From the NCBI GenBank assembly GCA_040143965.1, contig JASJQH010006905.1:1-44443 (forward strand): DNA of 44,443 nt, in the 5' to 3' direction. Shown piece by piece: positions 1 to 13,601 of the stretch (its first letter is position 1; each line of letters starts with the position of its first letter). Source of the DNA: Basidiobolus ranarum. Taxonomy: Eukaryota. The position numbers and the translations under genes were made by a program. The notes below the pieces were generated by a model that ran no database searches, had not been told where the DNA came from, and saw only the letters and a list, made by a program, of their open reading frames with translations.

Positions 1-1
1 T

Positions 2-250
2 GGCGGCAATGAAGCTGGTGCTTATGAAGCCAGAAACGGGGGAAATGATAATGGAGATGGCAATGATAGAGCTGGAAACGGTGGTGACAATGGTAATGGT
101 AACGGCGGTAAAGGGGCTGGTGCTTATGATGTCGTAAAGGGTGGAAACGGCAATGAAGACAGAAGCGGTGGTGATAACGGTAATGGAGCTGGTGCGTATG
201 ATGCTGGAAAGGGTGGAAAAGGCAATGGAGGTCAGGACTGCGATAAATAG
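2..250 (+). CDS. 3' end of a Gly/Asn/Asp-rich repetitive protein (5' part lies outside the window)
   Basis: The frame from position 2 is open to TAG at 248-250 and reads GGNEAGAYEARNGGNDNGDGNDRAGNGGDNGNGNGGKGAGAYDVVKGGNGNEDRSGGDNGNGAGAYDAGKGGKGNGGQDCDK*. It contains three AGAY(D/E) repeats. Confidence 0.75.
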   Translation, partial: GGNEAGAYEARNGGNDNGDGNDRAGNGGDNGNGNGGKGAGAYDVVKGGNGNEDRSGGDNGNGAGAYDAGKGGKGNGGQDCDK

Positions 251-373
251 AGAACCTGTGTATACTTTATAATTATATTTATGGCTCATGTTGCGGGATC
301 TAGAAGAAATAAATTTAACTAATATACGAATATATTTAGTGTGTCAAGTATGAATGATCCTTAAGGTTTGGGT

Positions 374-403
374 TATTGAAGCATTTAGTATTGAAGCATT
401 TAG
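374..403. repeat. Perfect 15-bp tandem duplication (tattgaagcatttag x2)
   Basis: Read directly from the sequence. Confidence 0.9.
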
Positions 404-547
404 TTCACTGGAATATATTTTATGATTGATTGGCTCATTGTGCATAATTGTGAATCTCCATAGAGAGTATTCATAGCTAGAATTTTAGAATATTCAAGGT
501 TGTGACCCCATTATTGATGGTAGGGTCAGTGACAGATACTCTGAGGA

Positions 548-640
548 AAGCAACAAATGCAAGCAACAAATGAATGTTTAAAGTAATCTTAGCCCGAACA
601 ATTGAATGTTTGGAGTAAGTAATCTTAGACCGAACAAATA
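548..640. repeat. Short tandem duplications (aagcaacaaatg x2; imperfect ~35-bp tgaatgttt..aagtaatcttag.ccgaaca x2)
   Basis: Read directly from the sequence. Confidence 0.8.
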
Positions 641-740
641 ATGATTTGGAGGCCTAAATGACGGCTATAAAGATGGACTAACTAAAGCATGTAGCGATAG
701 TTAGCCAGCTAATATGAAGAGCGTTCCTGATGAACATCAT

Positions 741-920
741 ATGCCATTGTTTCCACCATTACTACTATTTCCATATCACGAGAACCATAGCTGCTGACAC
801 TATATTGTCAGCATTAGATTACGACCACCATTGGAACTTCCAGCATTGTAAGCACTAGCATTAGCACCGTCATTACAATAACACTGCTACCATTTATCGC
901 TTCCAGTACCGGTTTCATTC
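741..920 (-). pseudogene. Degenerate inverted remnant related to the Gly/Asn-rich repeat gene
   Basis: The minus strand reads ..NDGANASAYNAGSSNGGRN.. (gctagtgcttacaatgctgga vs gctggtgcgtatgatgctgga in the upstream gene) and ..SSNGGNNG.., broken by frameshifts/stops. Confidence 0.5.
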
Positions 921-1346
921 CTCTATTCACTCATACACCGAGAGCATACGGTTAATAATTCCAAGTTACACCATTTATTTTGTACCACTTGAGGATGCTA
1001 ATTAATGCGTAATATTACTCAGTTTTTCTCGGTTGCATGCATACCACTTATGTGTTCTAATTTCAGAGGAATAACGGGATTCATCAACTACCATAAAGAG
1101 CTAGTGTAGCATCACTTGTCGTATGCACTACATGTTAGAATTCTAGTTGTTGGGAATATTTTTGTTTGCAGTTATACCTCTGAAGATCTTTCTGTTTGTG
1201 GTAGGGGCCTGCATGTAACTATTATCACACAGACGCACAATAACATGTTCCATGGGACAAGTTCCCCACTCCCTGTACCTCAAAAGCCAATATATAAGCT
1301 GGTAATATTCTCTAGATTGGATCACCCAACTTTGCATCCAACTATC

Positions 1347-1535
1347 ATGAAGCTCTCTCCTCTCCGCTTGATCTTAGCCGCTGTTGTTGTAGCCGTTGCT
1401 GCTGAAGCGCAGAATGCCTGCGTTGATGCATGCAACAGAAATACCAATGCTTGCCTAGCCAAATGTGGTAAGACCGACTACACTTGCAACTTGGTCTGTA
1501 TCACCAATGGTAACACTTGCCGTGGTAAATGTTAG
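1347..1535 (+). CDS. Small secreted cysteine-rich peptide (62 aa, 8 Cys, four CxxxC motifs)
   Basis: ATG at 1347. Signal peptide MKLSPLRLILAAVVVAVAAEA is followed by QNACVDACNRNTNACLAKCGKTDYTCNLVCITNGNTCRGKC. A tatataa box lies at about 1291 and AATAAA just after the stop. Confidence 0.85.
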   Translation: MKLSPLRLILAAVVVAVAAEAQNACVDACNRNTNACLAKCGKTDYTCNLVCITNGNTCRGKC

Positions 1536-2505
1536 AGCCATGCTCCAAAATAAAGCCCACTGGCACCTCGATCATAAAGTTCATTTACTACAAATATTAT
1601 ATTATAGTGTAGCTACAATGCACAGATTATTATAGCCAATCATCATGATGTAGTTCTGAATTCATTTTATACTACTCTTAGATAGCTAGTGTTTTCTCGT
1701 TCTCGTTTAATGGGAGGTATTTACTATATTGAGTTATTGTGGTGCTTATAAATATCTACAGTTATAGAACTATAACTCAAATTGACGAGCTAGGTTACAC
1801 TAAATTGAATACGCAATCTGTACCACAACAACTCACCATTATTTAGGAATCTTATCCTTCAACAGCCACCATTCTAGAATATTCATAGTAGCCAATTTTA
1901 AGCTCAGGGTTAGTTTGATTTTACTATCTGAGCCAACCTTCAGTATCTGTCAATGTGTTAGGGTTGGTCTTCCATCACATTAGTTAACAAATATTTGAGA
2001 GTTAGGGTTAGTATCAACAGCAAGCAAATATCTACCTTCACCAAATATGATCCAAAAGGGGCTCAGAAAGTTAGCTGTAGTGTTTATTCCGATAGCTTTC
2101 AGCATATAAATAGATAAAATTTATTAAATTGTATGTGAATTTAGGTGGTGGGTAGAGTACTAAGAGGCCATGCACTTGCACTTGTAGAGCTTGCGATTTG
2201 GTTTTCTTGCGGCGCAATATCCAATCATGAATCTGGAACATTTTAGAGTGACCAACAAAGGCCATGATTACAATTTAAATTTGCTAAATCTAGATTCTCT
2301 ACCAGACCAAGAAACACCAAATCATTGGTGGGTATACTCGGACTTCCACGCGGCTTTGCAAAACGTATTCTTGGACTAGCCCTAGACGTTAATATGTAAT
2401 AAACCTAGGCCAAGTAGATGTTATAAAAGCAAGAAACCATAAAACCTTATGTTTAACAATAATACTTTGCATTTTCTTTTTTCTTGAATTTCTTGCTCGT
2501 TTATA

Positions 2506-4184
2506 ATGTTACATTGGTTTGTGTTTGGTAGTGTGGCTACCGCGTGTATGTATTATTACTTAACTTTGCAGAATGTACACAGCCACAGTTCCTCTGTTAT
2601 TATTGTAGGAGGTGGTCTAGCTGGTTTAAGTGCAGCTTTAGAAGCTTATCAGCTGGGTGCTCATGTAACCCTAATCGAGAAAGAGGGGAGACTGGGTGGC
2701 AATTCAGCGAAAGCAACTAGTGGCATGAACGGTGTACCCACTAAGGCACAAGAACTTCAGGGTATCAAGGATACAATAGAGAAGTTTGCTAAAGTAATTC
2801 AACTCATATATAAAGCATAGTTAAATGTTCACTGAGCTAACTCTAATGCATATAGGACACCGAGATCTCCGGCGGCCAATTATCTGATCCAGAACTTGTT
2901 GAGGTTCTCACTAGAAATAGCAAAAAAGCTATCGAATGGGTTGAACAATTTACTCATGGAACGAATCTTAGTGTTCTATCTCAATGCGGCGGTCACTCCG
3001 AGCCTCGTACACATCGCTTTGCTCCTCAGGAAGTGGGAAAGCCTGCTCTACCTGTAGGTTTTGGTATCATAAAAATGTTGTCGGACTATGCTGAAGGACT
3101 AGTTAAATTAGAAGAAGAGAAATCAAGTACAAACGAAGAGTCTAGAATGCGAATCCTTACTTCTACTACGGTTCTTCAACTTTTAACTAGTAATAAAAAT
3201 TTGAAAGAGAAAGTAGCTGGTGTTTCCATTGTCAGAACGGTGAATGGCAAAAAGGAGTACGAGGAACTGCTATCCGATGCGGTTATACTCACCACCGGAG
3301 GCTTCGGTGCAAGTGCTTTGATTGATGATGTGTCGAAATCACTCATTAGAGAATACGCACCTCACGTTGTCGGACTACCAACAACCAACGGACCTTGGGC
3401 ACAGGGAGATGGCGTACGCCTTGCGCATGACCCTAAGGTAGGTGCAGTACTGATTCATATGGATCAAGTACAAGTTCATCCTACTGGCTTTGTGGATCTA
3501 TCGGATCCAAGCAATCCTACGAAGTTCTTGGCTCCAGAGGCACTGCGTGGACATGGTGGAGTGTTAATTAATGGCAAGGGAAATCGATTTGCTAACGAAC
3601 TAGGACCTCGTGATTATGTTACTCAGCAAATCTTTGACTTCTGCTCGTCTGAAAGTAATGGACTTGTGCATCCAAAAGCTCTGGCCCAACCCTTGTCACT
3701 CAAAGCTGCATGTTACTTAATTCTTCCGGAAGCATCAGTGAAATTGTTTGACCCTTCTACCATTAAATTCTACATGGGAAAAGGTCTTATGCATCAGGCT
3801 TCCAATTTCCCAGAACTTGCCGATCAACTTAACCTGACTCAAGAAGAACTATTGAAAACACTAACAGATTACGACGCAAGTCTCCACGGGAACCATCTAG
3901 ATCCCTTCGGAAAAACTGTATTCCCAAGTTCATTTTTAGATTCAGAGCCATTTTATTATGCAGTCATTACCCCCAGCATACACTATACTATGGGTGGGGT
4001 ACAGATCAACTCGAATGGCCAAGTTCTACGCTCAAATGGCCACTTTATTCCTGGGTTATTTGCCGCTGGAGAAGTTACGGGCGGTGTTCATGGTAAGAAC
4101 CGCTTGGCCGGTAATTCTTTGTTAGAGTGTGTAGTTTATGGCAGAATCTCTGGAGCATCGGCCACTCGTCCGGAATTCCAATAG
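2506..4184 (+). CDS. OSM1: Soluble FAD-dependent fumarate reductase (Osm1/Frd1, flavocytochrome-c flavin-domain family) with N-terminal hydrophobic anchor; 1 intron (2794-2855)
   Basis: Motifs VIIVGGGLAGL, GGNSAKATSGMNG, GGHSEPRTHR (in exon 2, not in the ORF track), VQVHPTG, EALRGHGG, HYTMGG and GGVHGKNRLAGNSLLECVVYGR. A GT..AG intron restores the frame. Confidence 0.9.
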
Positions 4185-4287
4185 CCATCAGTCTTTCAAT
4201 AGCAATTCACAGTGTATATTATTGATTGACTGGTCTAACATTGACTGAACAATAAATCATGAAATCAATCTTATCTCAACATTAAGT

Positions 4288-4347
4288 TCACACGGAAACC
4301 AATATTCACTTACTGAATCACACGGAAACCAACATTCACTTACTGAA
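4288..4347. repeat. 30-bp tandem duplication (tcacacggaaaccaaYattcacttactgaa x2)
   Basis: One mismatch between the copies. Confidence 0.9.
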
Positions 4348-4530
4348 TTTTACTATGGAATTGGTTGAGCATTTAGGGCTGATCAGAATGAGTCATTTCT
4401 ATAGTTTTGTTTAACCTTCTCAGCTTTGGGAATATAGATCCTATTGGGCCACTGGCTGATTGTACCATTGTAAATACGACTATAAAACCCCTTTAACCAG
4501 ATCAATCATAACTGAAACTATCAATATACA

Positions 4531-5971
4531 ATGAGCACAACTGGAAAGAGTGTCCTGATTCTCGGTGGTGGCTGCTTTGGTCTTTCAGCTGGAATAGAAT
4601 TGAAAAACCGCGGTTGGAACGTGACCATTCTTGATAGACAAAGTATTCCTGCTTCTGACGCGGTAAGCACTACTTCTCTGATAAGATACATACAAAATCT
4701 AAAGCTCCTTTCTCCTAGGCAAGTACAGATATCAATAAAGCGTTCCGACCAGATTATGGAGGTGACGAAGTATATCAATCATTATGCTTGAAAGCTCACA
4801 AAAGGTGGAGGCAGTGGAATGAGGAGACAATGGCCTTATATCAAGAGAAAGTGTTCCATGAGTGTGGAGCTTTATTTTTATGTTACGATAAGATGGGGGA
4901 TTTTGAAAGGAACACTATAGCCACTCTACCCGAAGACGCCACCCAAACATTCAAAACTTCCGAAGAAATCGCCGCTGCTTATCCCACACTAAAAGATTCC
5001 GGATTCAAAGAGGGCTATCTGAGTAAACGTGCTGGCTGGTTGAATAGCAAACTGGGAATTCAATATCTATGCGATAAAGCCAAAAAGATGGGAATCAAAT
5101 TGGTGGAAGGCGAAACGGTTGGCATGTTTAAACACTTTTTGAAGGATAGAATGGGGAACATCAAGGGCCTTGTCACTTTAGATGGCACTGAACACCGGGC
5201 AGATCTAACAATTGTTGCCTCAGGCGCTTGGACTCCAGCTATAGTGGACATGAAAGGAATGATGCAAGCCACAGGTCATGCGGTGTTTCAGGTAAACGTA
5301 CCCCCGGCCTTAAGACATAAGTATTCCGATACGGCACTCCCCGTCATGTTTGCCGATATTTTACAGAGTGGTCAGTATTATTTTCACCTAGTAACAAATG
5401 ACAGTCACGCTAAACCAACAATCCATCCAATTTAGGTTACTACAGTTTTCCTATTAACAAAGATGGAAACCTAAAGGTTGCCTGTCATGGTCAAGGATAT
5501 CTTAATTTCCCGAAAACTTCCAATCAAGAAGCCAGTATTTCTCACCCACGTACCCTCGTCACCTCTCCTGAAGACACCGTCCCAATAGACTCTGTTCGAA
5601 AATATCGCACTTTCTTACGAAATACCTATCCTGAACTTCGTCATCTGAACATTGCCTCCACCCGACTATGTTGGTACACAGACTCATGGGATGGAAATTT
5701 CTATATTGATCACGTCTCTGGGCAACCCGGTCTTTTCGTAGCCACTGGAGGAAGTGGACACGGTTACAAGTTTTTACCAGTTCTCGGGGAAGTTATTGCT
5801 GACGCTGTGGAGAAAAAATCCAGTAAAATTACTGACAAATTTAGATGGAGAATTCCTTCTGCATCTCAGACTAGAGATATTTTGAGATGCAACGATGGTT
5901 CCATCATGTTAGATGATCATCCCATGGCCACCGCAAAAGAACTAGAAGGAGACAAGCCTTCAAAGCTATAG
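4531..5971 (+). CDS. FAD-dependent L-pipecolate/sarcosine/fructosyl-amino-acid oxidase family enzyme, peroxisomal (C-terminal SKL); introns 4663-4718 and 5371-5435
   Basis: Motifs ILGGGCFGLS, spliced AASTDINKAFRPDYG, ASGAWT, RLCWYTDSWDGNFYID (flavinylation Cys) and ATGGSGHGYKFLPVLG. The protein ends ..DKPSKL* (PTS1). Confidence 0.88.
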
Positions 5972-6699
5972 TTTTTCTTATAATATCCACTTGTTACTCG
6001 CGTAATGTCAATCTTAACCTTAATACCTTTCCCCTATGTAAACTGAAGCCGTTGTTGCTATGAAGACCCACCAAAGCAATGACCTTTGTATAATAGCAAT
6101 TGCACCGGAGTCTTCACTGATGAACGTAAAGGAAGTTTTAATAAAATTACAAAGATAATGAGGAAAGGCGAATGGGTATTTTTGTCCAAGTGATCATAGA
6201 TGTATCAACCATGAATGAAGGTAGTACTTTATCTATGTTGACTAGATTATCTACAGTCATGACTTTAAGCACCATATAGGTTGAAAGATGTTTATTAGAG
6301 TGGCTTAATCGAGGTATAAAGCCAAGAAATAGACGGTTAGAACCATGTAGGTTAGACTCGATATTGACAAAAATGCCTGATAAGAAGTATACCATTATGG
6401 GAATATCTGATTAAGTGCCAACTCTGGGGAGGGGGGAAGAGTGTGAATAGTGCGAATAGGGGAAATACATAGATATGTGTAGCAGTTCCTCATATCGCGC
6501 AGATCATGATGAATTAAATGATGGAATAGTGGATGGGAATATTATCGAGATAATTCACGTATTCAATAAATGTTCATGTATATTTTTTCCACAATCGAAA
6601 AATAAAAAAACAATAATAACACGCTTTATACTATTAGCTCACAGCTTGGTTTAAGCAAGTTCACTTCTGTACCCTTTTACTATACGTTCCCCACACTCA

Positions 6700-8628
6700 A
6701 TGAACGATGCTTTCTGTTTCTCTCTACTCAAAATCGCCACCGCTCAAATAATCCAACAATCCACAGCATTTGAAAGAATTCATGGTTCCACTTGTTCTAC
6801 CATAACTGATGTTCTTGCTCGATACTTATCCCTTTTAGGAAGTGTCGCGAAAGAATATTCCCATAATGCAAATAGAGGTAAAAGTAATGCTTTAGATGTA
6901 CTACAAACTCTTGTTGATCTTGGTGTGGACGTGGACGATTTATATCAGTGGTTTGAAGAGACAATGGAACAAAAACCAAACAATGTCCCTATAACACAAA
7001 ACTCACAGTTGACCTTACAGAGTAAGTGAGATAGATGCCTAGCATAGTATTTTACTGCGAACTGACGCGCTTTTCTTGATTCTCGTTATATAGATTTGTT
7101 TAGTAGCACCTGTAAGGATGATCCAGAAGATTGGTTAGTTTATGAATACCGGGATATACCTGAGGGTTTCAATTTGATAACCGATGAAGACATCGAAGAG
7201 TCCGACACAGCTGAAGACTTGAGTGAAGTTGCTGAGAGTACAGAACAGGACATCTCTTCTTCCGAAAACCCTCCATCAGAAACTGAGGAACAAGATGCTA
7301 CTCAAAACTCACATGTAAAGAGCAACAGCTCTTCACCTGTTCCTGGTGACTGTAACTCAGAAGCAGCGATAAAAGTAGAAACAGCCGCTGATTTAACTAC
7401 TGAAGTTCACACCAAGGAAGCCGCGATTGCCATCGGTCAAGATAAACCCGAAGAAACTGAATTCACAACCAACCCGAAGCCTGAAAGCTGCAAGAGTGAA
7501 TTAGAAAGATCTAACCAGCGGGATACACCCACATCTTCCAATACACCCTTTCGACCTTTGTATATTCCTAATCATCTTCCACCAATCCCAGAAATGCTAC
7601 CTCCACAAGAAATAGAGGAGACACCTCAAGTTCAGGAAACAGCTGGTGCTCAAATAGCTGTCGTTTCCAATGCTAAGAATGATAGTGATTATAATCCATA
7701 TACTCACATAATTCCCTTCAATGAATCCAAAATCTCTTCTACATCAGATGTTTCTTTGCTAGCCTCTATCTCGCAGATTGGAGAGCACGCTGAGGAATCT
7801 ACTTCCAGTACACCCACCACACCGCTTATACCACTCTTCGATGAGGTATTTCAAAAGGCTCTGGGATCCGTATCCGCCTCAAATGAGGTGAATGGTACCA
7901 AACCCAAACCCATTCCATATTCATACCTTGAACGACGCAGGAAGCAGAGAACCCCTGTCATATCGTCCACTATATCTCCATATGACACTCTTTTTGGCAA
8001 TATCTCCACTCTACCATCTACAGTGGATCAAATACTACATCAAGTAGCTGCTCCAGAGGTTCTATATCAATATGTTTCTCAACCGGTGGCTATATTTCCC
8101 ATACCTGAAGTAAGTCACTTTAAGATGCTGAATGGGCAAGGCTCTTCAATACAATCCCAAAGAAAAGAATTGATCGCTACGGTACCAGCCGAAGTCCCTG
8201 TTGTGCCATCAACGAGACCGCGAGAAGATTCTATCAAGGAGCCAGTTTCAAAGAAGGTCATCAAACCATCCGCACCCAAAGAAACGAGCAACCATACGAA
8301 ACCAGGGTCACCACGACCGGAAACATCACGAAGATCATCTACTCCAAAAATTCGACTTAAAGTAAGCGTACCTACTCCCCCACCTCCTCCACCACCGCCG
8401 CCACCAGTGGAAGAAGCAGCCCCAGAGCCTGTACCAAGTGTGGAACCGAGAGGACAAACTGAGGAAGTTATAAATTGTATATGTGTAAATCCTCGACTTG
8501 ATGATGGCAATTTTATGATTGCTTGTGATCGGTGTCAAGAATGGTTTCATGGGTCGTGCGTTGGAGTGAGTGAAGGAGACATAGTAGATACGTGGTTTTG
8601 TCAACGATGCGCTCCATATCGAACATGA
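6700..8628 (+). CDS. TAF3: TAF3-like TFIID subunit: N-terminal Bromo_TP histone fold, low-complexity middle, C-terminal PHD finger; intron 7022-7093
   Basis: Histone fold LLKIATAQII..TITDVLARYL..HNANR..DVLQTL.DLGV, then YIPNHLPPIP, then PHD CICVNPRLDDGNFMIACDRCQEWFHGSCVGV..WFCQRC. Confidence 0.8.
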
Positions 8629-9183
8629 TGAAGCTATTTATGTGTTCCATAACTTAAGCTAATCTTTATTCATCTTATTCGCCACTTTTTCGTGTATATT
8701 TTCCATTTGAACGGACAGTGAATTTTTGGTTTTGGGGAGGAAAGGAGAGGAGAGGGAGACGTATTTCAAAAGTATTTGATTGAGGTGTGTGATCCCCATA
8801 TCTCAGTGTCCTTGGGTTGTTTTTTCTTTACTTTTTAGTCGTCCCCCTCGGTCTATACTATAGATGTACTACGAGAACACGATACGAAGGACTTTAACTC
8901 TCGTTTTTCTCTACAGATTTTTATTGATTATGTAATTTATTTTTGTCCACATCACTCAAATATCATAACTACAGCAATAAACAGTAATAAAAACCACTCA
9001 GTGCATTCTATTTTCTACTTCAATGGTATGGATAGATTATGTTTCCTACTTTCATAGTATTTACAATGTCTATTTATTAAAATAATCAAGGGTCGGGGTG
9101 GGGGTGGGGGATAAGGGAGAGAGAATGTCTATTACATAAGAATTCATATGCTATAATGATCTAGAGAATAGAACGGAAGCCGT

Positions 9184-10915
<1,732 letters not shown>

Positions 10916-11376
10916 AGTCACTCTTCTAAATAACCAGAAAAGGTTATCAAGGTGGTTATTTATCAAATTGGTGAGTGGCAAAGAAGAAGAAAAGGAACCT
11001 CAACCGAAACTTCGATAAAAGGAGTTCAAGTTTAACTAGAAGACGTAAGGAAGCTTCTTAAGTATGTTTCAAATGAATAGGTTATTTTTACATAGCATAT
11101 TATGATGGAAAAAAATTTCGCCTCTGTAATTTTTGTCCTATTTTTCTTAACCCCACGTCACATGATCAAGGATGGTTGTATTTTATATTTAGTATGTCAA
11201 ATTGGCACCAATATCTTAGAAAAATGAGTAAAGTGAGGAGAGAGCGGAAAAACGAGACATCGAGGCTTCATGGTAATACTGGCTTTTATATTAATGAACA
11301 AGTACAAGGGTGTGAATGCTACCAGTGTGTATGCAAAGTCATGGGATTAATGTAAATTGATTTTGTTTGTTGCAAG

Positions 11377-13386
11377 TCACATTTGTTCCAAAGGTTTCAA
11401 TCCGATGAGTCGTAGCGAGTTGCCCAAGGTAATTCTAGCTGCATGGTATAGCACTATTCTAGCCTCAGCTGTCTCTTTATCGGCTCCTTTAACCCACAGG
11501 GTTGTAAGTGCGTGCGATACAGCGTGGCTTAGCTTCAGAGCATATGTTACGACGGTACAAGGTTCCAGAGAATTCATCAAACCATGAACCAACTGTGGAT
11601 ACTGTGCAATGATTTCAATTAACTCTATGGCAGATGGCTCATGCAACAAATCAAGATTAGCATGTGGATTAAGATCATATGTAGAGTTACGTTCAACGGA
11701 ACAAAGGCGAGCGTGGGCATATTGAAGATATGGTCCTGTGTCTCCTTCAAAAGAGAGCATTCTGTTCCAATTGAAATCGTAGTTGCGCAATCTACGCGCC
11801 GCCATGTCTTGAACAATGATAGCCGATATACCAATTATGTCAGCAATCTCTTCCGGATTACGTATTTTAGAGTATTTTTCTTCGTTCTTTCTCATGTTTG
11901 CGTGCATAAGCTCTTGTGTTTGATCTAGAATATCATCCAAAAATACTGCTGTCCCTTTACGTGTGCTCATCCCAGAAATCATTCCAAAGTTAATGTGCTT
12001 TAGTGTTTTCGCCCAGGGAAAATCCAACTTTTCCAATGTTTTGAAGAGCTGTTTAACGTGGAGGTCTTGTTGAGATCCAATGACATAATACATGGCATCA
12101 AAATGGTATTGCTCGTAGCGCTCCATCGCAGCACCGATATCTCTGGTGATATAGAGTGTGGTTCCATCTCGTTTTTCTATTACTAGCTTACCAAGCTTCT
12201 CTTTGGAAAGATCAAGGATTTTAGCATTGTTGGAATCTATCAATAATCCTTTTTCCGAAAGTAATTTCTTGGCTAGAAGCATGCCATCCTTAACCTGCGA
12301 TTCCCCAGAGTAAACGTCAAAGACCACATTTAGCCGAGCATAAGTTTCTTGGTATTTCTTGATGCTTAAATTCCTAAATCTTCTCCACAACTCCAAAGCT
12401 TTCTCATCCCCTAGAAAACAATGTTAAATGGCTACACGACGAGTTCTCTATACAGTGAAAGTTACCATCTTCCATCTTTTTGAAGTAGACTCTGGCTTGA
12501 TCATGAATTGATTCGTCCTCTTTAGCATCAGCCTATACAAACATCTATGAGTTCAAATCTAAATCAGAGAAAGAGACAATGAAGAGGTTACATTGATTTT
12601 AACATAAACATGGTATAGATGATTGATAGGATCTTTATCCAACTCAATTGTAGAACCATATTTTTCAAAGCCTACTGCTAGAAGACCTGTATTGAAAAGT
12701 AAGTTAATGATCTGGAGGGCCCGACTCAAAGATGCCCTAATTACCATATTGCTTTCCCCAGTCACCCAAATAATTCATAGCAAGTGTTTTCCAACCATTG
12801 GCATTGTGTACATTTCTCACAAAATTCCCGAGGATAGTGCTTCTCAAGTGTCCAGCATGAAAAGGCTTGGCGATATTCGGACTACTAAACTCAATCAAAG
12901 CAAGTTTACCATCACCGCTTAAATTCTCGCCAAACTTGTCTTTTTTCGTCAAGACTTCTTTTAAGAGAAGATCGCGTAGTTTAGTTTTGGATATACTGAA
13001 ATTTAAGAAAGGTCCTTGGAAAGAAGTGTTCACAATCCAGTCATCTTTAGGAAACTATGTATCGACGTTAATACGGAGAAATATTTAGTACTCACTCCTT
13101 CATTCCAACCAAGGAGTATAGAATGTACCTGTTCACTGAATAGTTGTGCTAATTTTAGTGGGTTTTCTTGGAGTCTAAGTTTAGGTAGAGCTAAAGCGAA
13201 GTCTCCATGTTCAGATAGTTTGGGAGTCTCTAATAATTTATGGATTGTCTCACTTTCAAGACCTGAAAGTTGTGAGACTTTGTTAGAGATACGAAATTTA
13301 AACTCGTCTAAGGTTGTTTTTGAAGTAAGAGTTCTCTTGAACTGAAAAGGGATTTTGTATGAGGATACTCGTACTATACGATACAT
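11377..13386 (-). CDS. Arginyl-tRNA synthetase, multi-exon, with probable mitochondrial presequence (MSR1/RARS2-like)
   Basis: Motifs EFSSPNIAKPFHAGHLRSTI (HIGH), NYLGDWGKQYG, DGTTLYITRD, GMSTRKG and GDTGPYLQYAHARL. N-terminus MYRIVRVSSYKIPFQFKRTLTSK is basic and lacks acidic residues. Confidence 0.93.
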
Positions 13387-13601
13387 GTTAGTCAATGTAC
13401 GAAGAAATTCCTAGCAAGTAGAATTTTTTCAGTCATAAATTATTACAAAGTATTTCTAAGAAAAATGCAGTCACTAATACGATCAGTTTTGGTGAATGTG
13501 GTTTTGTAAACTTGAATTGATACAGATATTTGCACAATGAACGTCAAATGAATGAGATTAAACATTTCTTTTATTACAACGGTTCATTCGATTCTTTCGG
13601 G

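Noticed and set aside
944-955. gcatacggttaa, resembling part of U6atac snRNA
   Set aside because: The essential AAGGAGAGA box and the rest of U6atac are missing, so this is a chance match.
1116-1346. N-terminal extension of the 139-aa ORF
   Set aside because: It starts at TTG and spans the TATA-like box; the signal peptide begins at ATG 1347.
4393-4405. tcatttctatagt, resembling U3 snoRNA box A
   Set aside because: No box A', B, C or D context is visible, and it lies in the oxidase promoter.
6147-6395. 82-aa minus-strand ORF in the oxidase-TAF3 gap
   Set aside because: No recognisable motif or splice structure; it could be a decayed gene but I cannot support that.
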